A DNA stretch of 62,336 nt, counting the filler, from Diploschistes diacapsis (taxonomy: Eukaryota), in the NCBI GenBank assembly GCA_023645945.1. It is 17 parts of 17 records of this genome, joined end to end, with 100 filler letters (N's around TTAATTAATTAA, not from the genome) between each part and the next. Parts side by side here need not be neighbours in the genome. Positions count along the whole stretch, not along the records: positions 60,108 to 62,336 come from JALAIB010002306.1; 16 more parts are not named here. One strand, 5' to 3'. Made by a program: the position numbers and the translations under genes. Under the pieces are notes generated by a model. That model was given only the letters and a program-made list of their open reading frames with translations, did not search any database and was not told the DNA's origin. The stretch's first letter is position 1; each line of letters opens with the position of its first letter. This document shows, piece after piece, positions 60,108 through 62,336 of the stretch.

Positions 60108-61860
60108 CTACTCCATTCACACGCGCCGCCCAAAAGAACTTCATCGTCCTGATGTCCTGCCTCGGCGGACTCTTCTCGCCCCTCTTCTCCAGCAACATCC
60201 TGCCCCGCCCTGCCCGTCCTCGCCACCACCTACCGCACCAGCATCTCCGTCACCGTCTTCATGCTAATACAGCGCCTGGCGCCCAGCATCATCGGCGACC
60301 TGGCGGACTCCGGGCCGGGCGGTGGCCGGTGTACTTGGTTAGCTTCGTGTTCGTCATGGCGGCGAACGTGGGCTTGGCGGCGCAGGGGAGCTTGGGGGCG
60401 TTTGTGGTTGCTGAGGTGCTTGCAGAGCGTGGGGAGCTCGGGCACGTATAGTTTGAATAGTGGGGGTTGTGGCAGATGTGGCGACGACGGCGGAGAGGGG
60501 GAAGTATATGGGGGCTGCGCAGAGTGGGATCATGGTGACTCGGCTGTTCAAGTGGTGTTTCTTAGGGGAGGCAACGGCGGAGGCTAATGGAGGGGCAGTT
60601 GGGTCCTGCCTTGAGTTATGTTTGCTTGAATTACTGGCATGGTGAAGGGAGGGGTTGACGGCCGATAGGTCCAGTCATCGGTGGTGTTCTGACGGAGTAT
60701 TTTGCATGGCGAGCTATCTTTTGGTGGGCATGAAAGGAGCATCTCCTGGAAAGTCGGGGCGGATTCTGCGAGTAGGTTCCCTTGTGTGATAGTATGCCAT
60801 TCAGGAAGTCTCTTCAATTATTAGAGGTCTAACAAACGCTAGATCGGCGGGGTCTATCTTATCGCGTTCGCAACTTTCATACCAGAAACTGGACGCAAGA
60901 TCGTCGGTAACGGCTCGCTGCCTCCAACAGAATGGTTCAATCGCTCCGTGCTGAGTGAGCTCGCTCGGCGCCGAGAAGCAAAGAACTGGGCCGACGAAGA
61001 AGAAGCTGTGACCAAGCGACAAGAGGTGGAAGAGCTCGCGAGGAAAACGGAAACTAAGATGGCCCAAACCCCTTTAAGACGCTGCGCATAATCGTAGAGA
61101 AGGACTGTGCATCAATCATCTTCATGGCAGGCACCGTATACGCCAGTTGGTACGCCGTCACCACAACACTAGCCACACAGGCCCAGACCATATACGGCCT
61201 GAACACAGTCGACGCCGGTCATTGCTACCTGCATTTGCTCCTTTCCCTTCTCCCCCCTTCCCTTCCTCTTTCCTTTCATCCAAAAACACCCCTAACACAC
61301 AACCAAGCTGAAGTACCGACCAACCAACCAGTCCCTTTGGCGCCGGCGCCGCCCTCGCCGTCTTCCTCAACGGGCGTGTCCTAGACTGGTACCACAAGCG
61401 CACCGCCCAGCGGCACAACCTCCCCCCATCTCCCGCCAAAAGGGCGACGACCTGTCGCACTTCCCCCATCGAGCGCGCGCGCCTGGACCTCGTGTGCGCC
61501 GCAGCTGTACATCGGCTGCGCGGCGCTGCTCTGCTAAGGCTGGACGCTGCGGCCGGAAACGCACCTCGCTGCGCCGCTGGTGCTGGCGTTCCTGATCGGC
61601 TCGCTCATGATCGACGACGTACAACAGCTTGAACCCTCCTGCTGGTGCATCTGTATCCGCCGTCGCCGAGTACCGCGAGCGCGGCGAATAATCTGACGAG
61701 GTGTCTGATGGGGCGGCGGTTGTGGAGCCGATGATTAATCGGATTGGGACTGGGTGGGCGTTTGCGTTGGTGGGCTTGATTGTGGTGCTGGCTAGCCCGA
61801 TGCTGTATGTTGTGAGGAAGTGAGGGCCCGTTTGGAGGGAGGAGAGGAGGGTGAGGATGA
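60108..61860 (+). pseudogene. MFS multidrug transporter (DHA1/Qdr-like) pseudogene
   Basis: KNFIVLMSCLGGLFSPL, GRWPVYL..ANVGLA, LRCLQSVGSSGT, GVVADVATTAERGKYMG, FPHRA (FPIERARL-like) and ASAANNLTRC are spread over different frames, with stops. Confidence 0.8.
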
Positions 61861-62336
61861 AGAGGCGCGAGGGCGAAATGGAGGAGCAGGGTAGTGTAGT
61901 GGATCAGAGGAAACAGGCTAGCGTAGCGAGTCACGAAAAGAAATGAGAAAGTAGCCTTTGGCCCTTCGCAATGAATGCATGATGGACTCTAGACAGGTAG
62001 CACAGATGGAGAAAGTCTTGATGAAGAAGGGATTTCAGGTGGTCTTTGCCATGCAAGAACGTGGATGACATGCGCCGCCGCACGGGATGCATCGGGGAGG
62101 CCCTTCTGCTGAATCTCATCGCTGATGTTAGCAACCATGAAAGTCATATTCGTTCGAGTCTTCATGTACTGGGTATCTAAGCAAGCCATCGACGACGCAC
62201 CTCTATTTCCCCTCTCGCAGACTCCAAGCAATGCCCCCTCTCGACGCCTTGATAGCTGCCGCATCAACACAAATCCCGCCACCGCCGAAGCCACCATCCA
62301 TCCCCTCACCCCAAAACCTTCATCTTCTTTTTCTTC

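Overview
This window is fungal (filamentous ascomycete, Pezizomycotina-type) genomic DNA and is not contiguous. It holds 17 contigs joined by 16 artificial 100-nt linkers (N44-TTAATTAATTAA-N44): sixteen contigs of about 2.2-2.3 kb and one of 24.8 kb (21224-45995). GC-balanced contigs carry intron-containing genes: PPIL2/Cyp60 cyclophilin, ureidoglycolate lyase, a WASP/Las17 C-terminus, phospholipase B, an Ayr1-like SDR, a small Cys-rich ORF, a GH5 mannanase, M1 aminopeptidase, mL59, Prp28, Prp39, a HAM-8-like membrane protein, an NPP1-like phosphodiesterase and an Ndt80/VIB-1-type transcription factor. They also carry three indel-decayed pseudogenes. AT-rich contigs are nests of RIP-mutated transposons: two chromodomain Ty3/gypsy families, a copia family with an apparent non-autonomous mini-element, solo LTRs, hAT and pogo/Fot1 transposase relics, an hAT MITE family with 8-bp TSDs and a pogo MITE. 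The best leads are (1) a RIP-erased antisense Zn(II)2Cys6-spaced ORF in the 3' end of a gypsy family, seen in two copies, (2) a candidate poison exon in an unusually long PRP39 intron, (3) repeated H-C-C-H motifs inside the same gypsy gag-pol, and (4) the copia mini-element with 60-bp tandem repeats. All calls were made by eye, without database searches.
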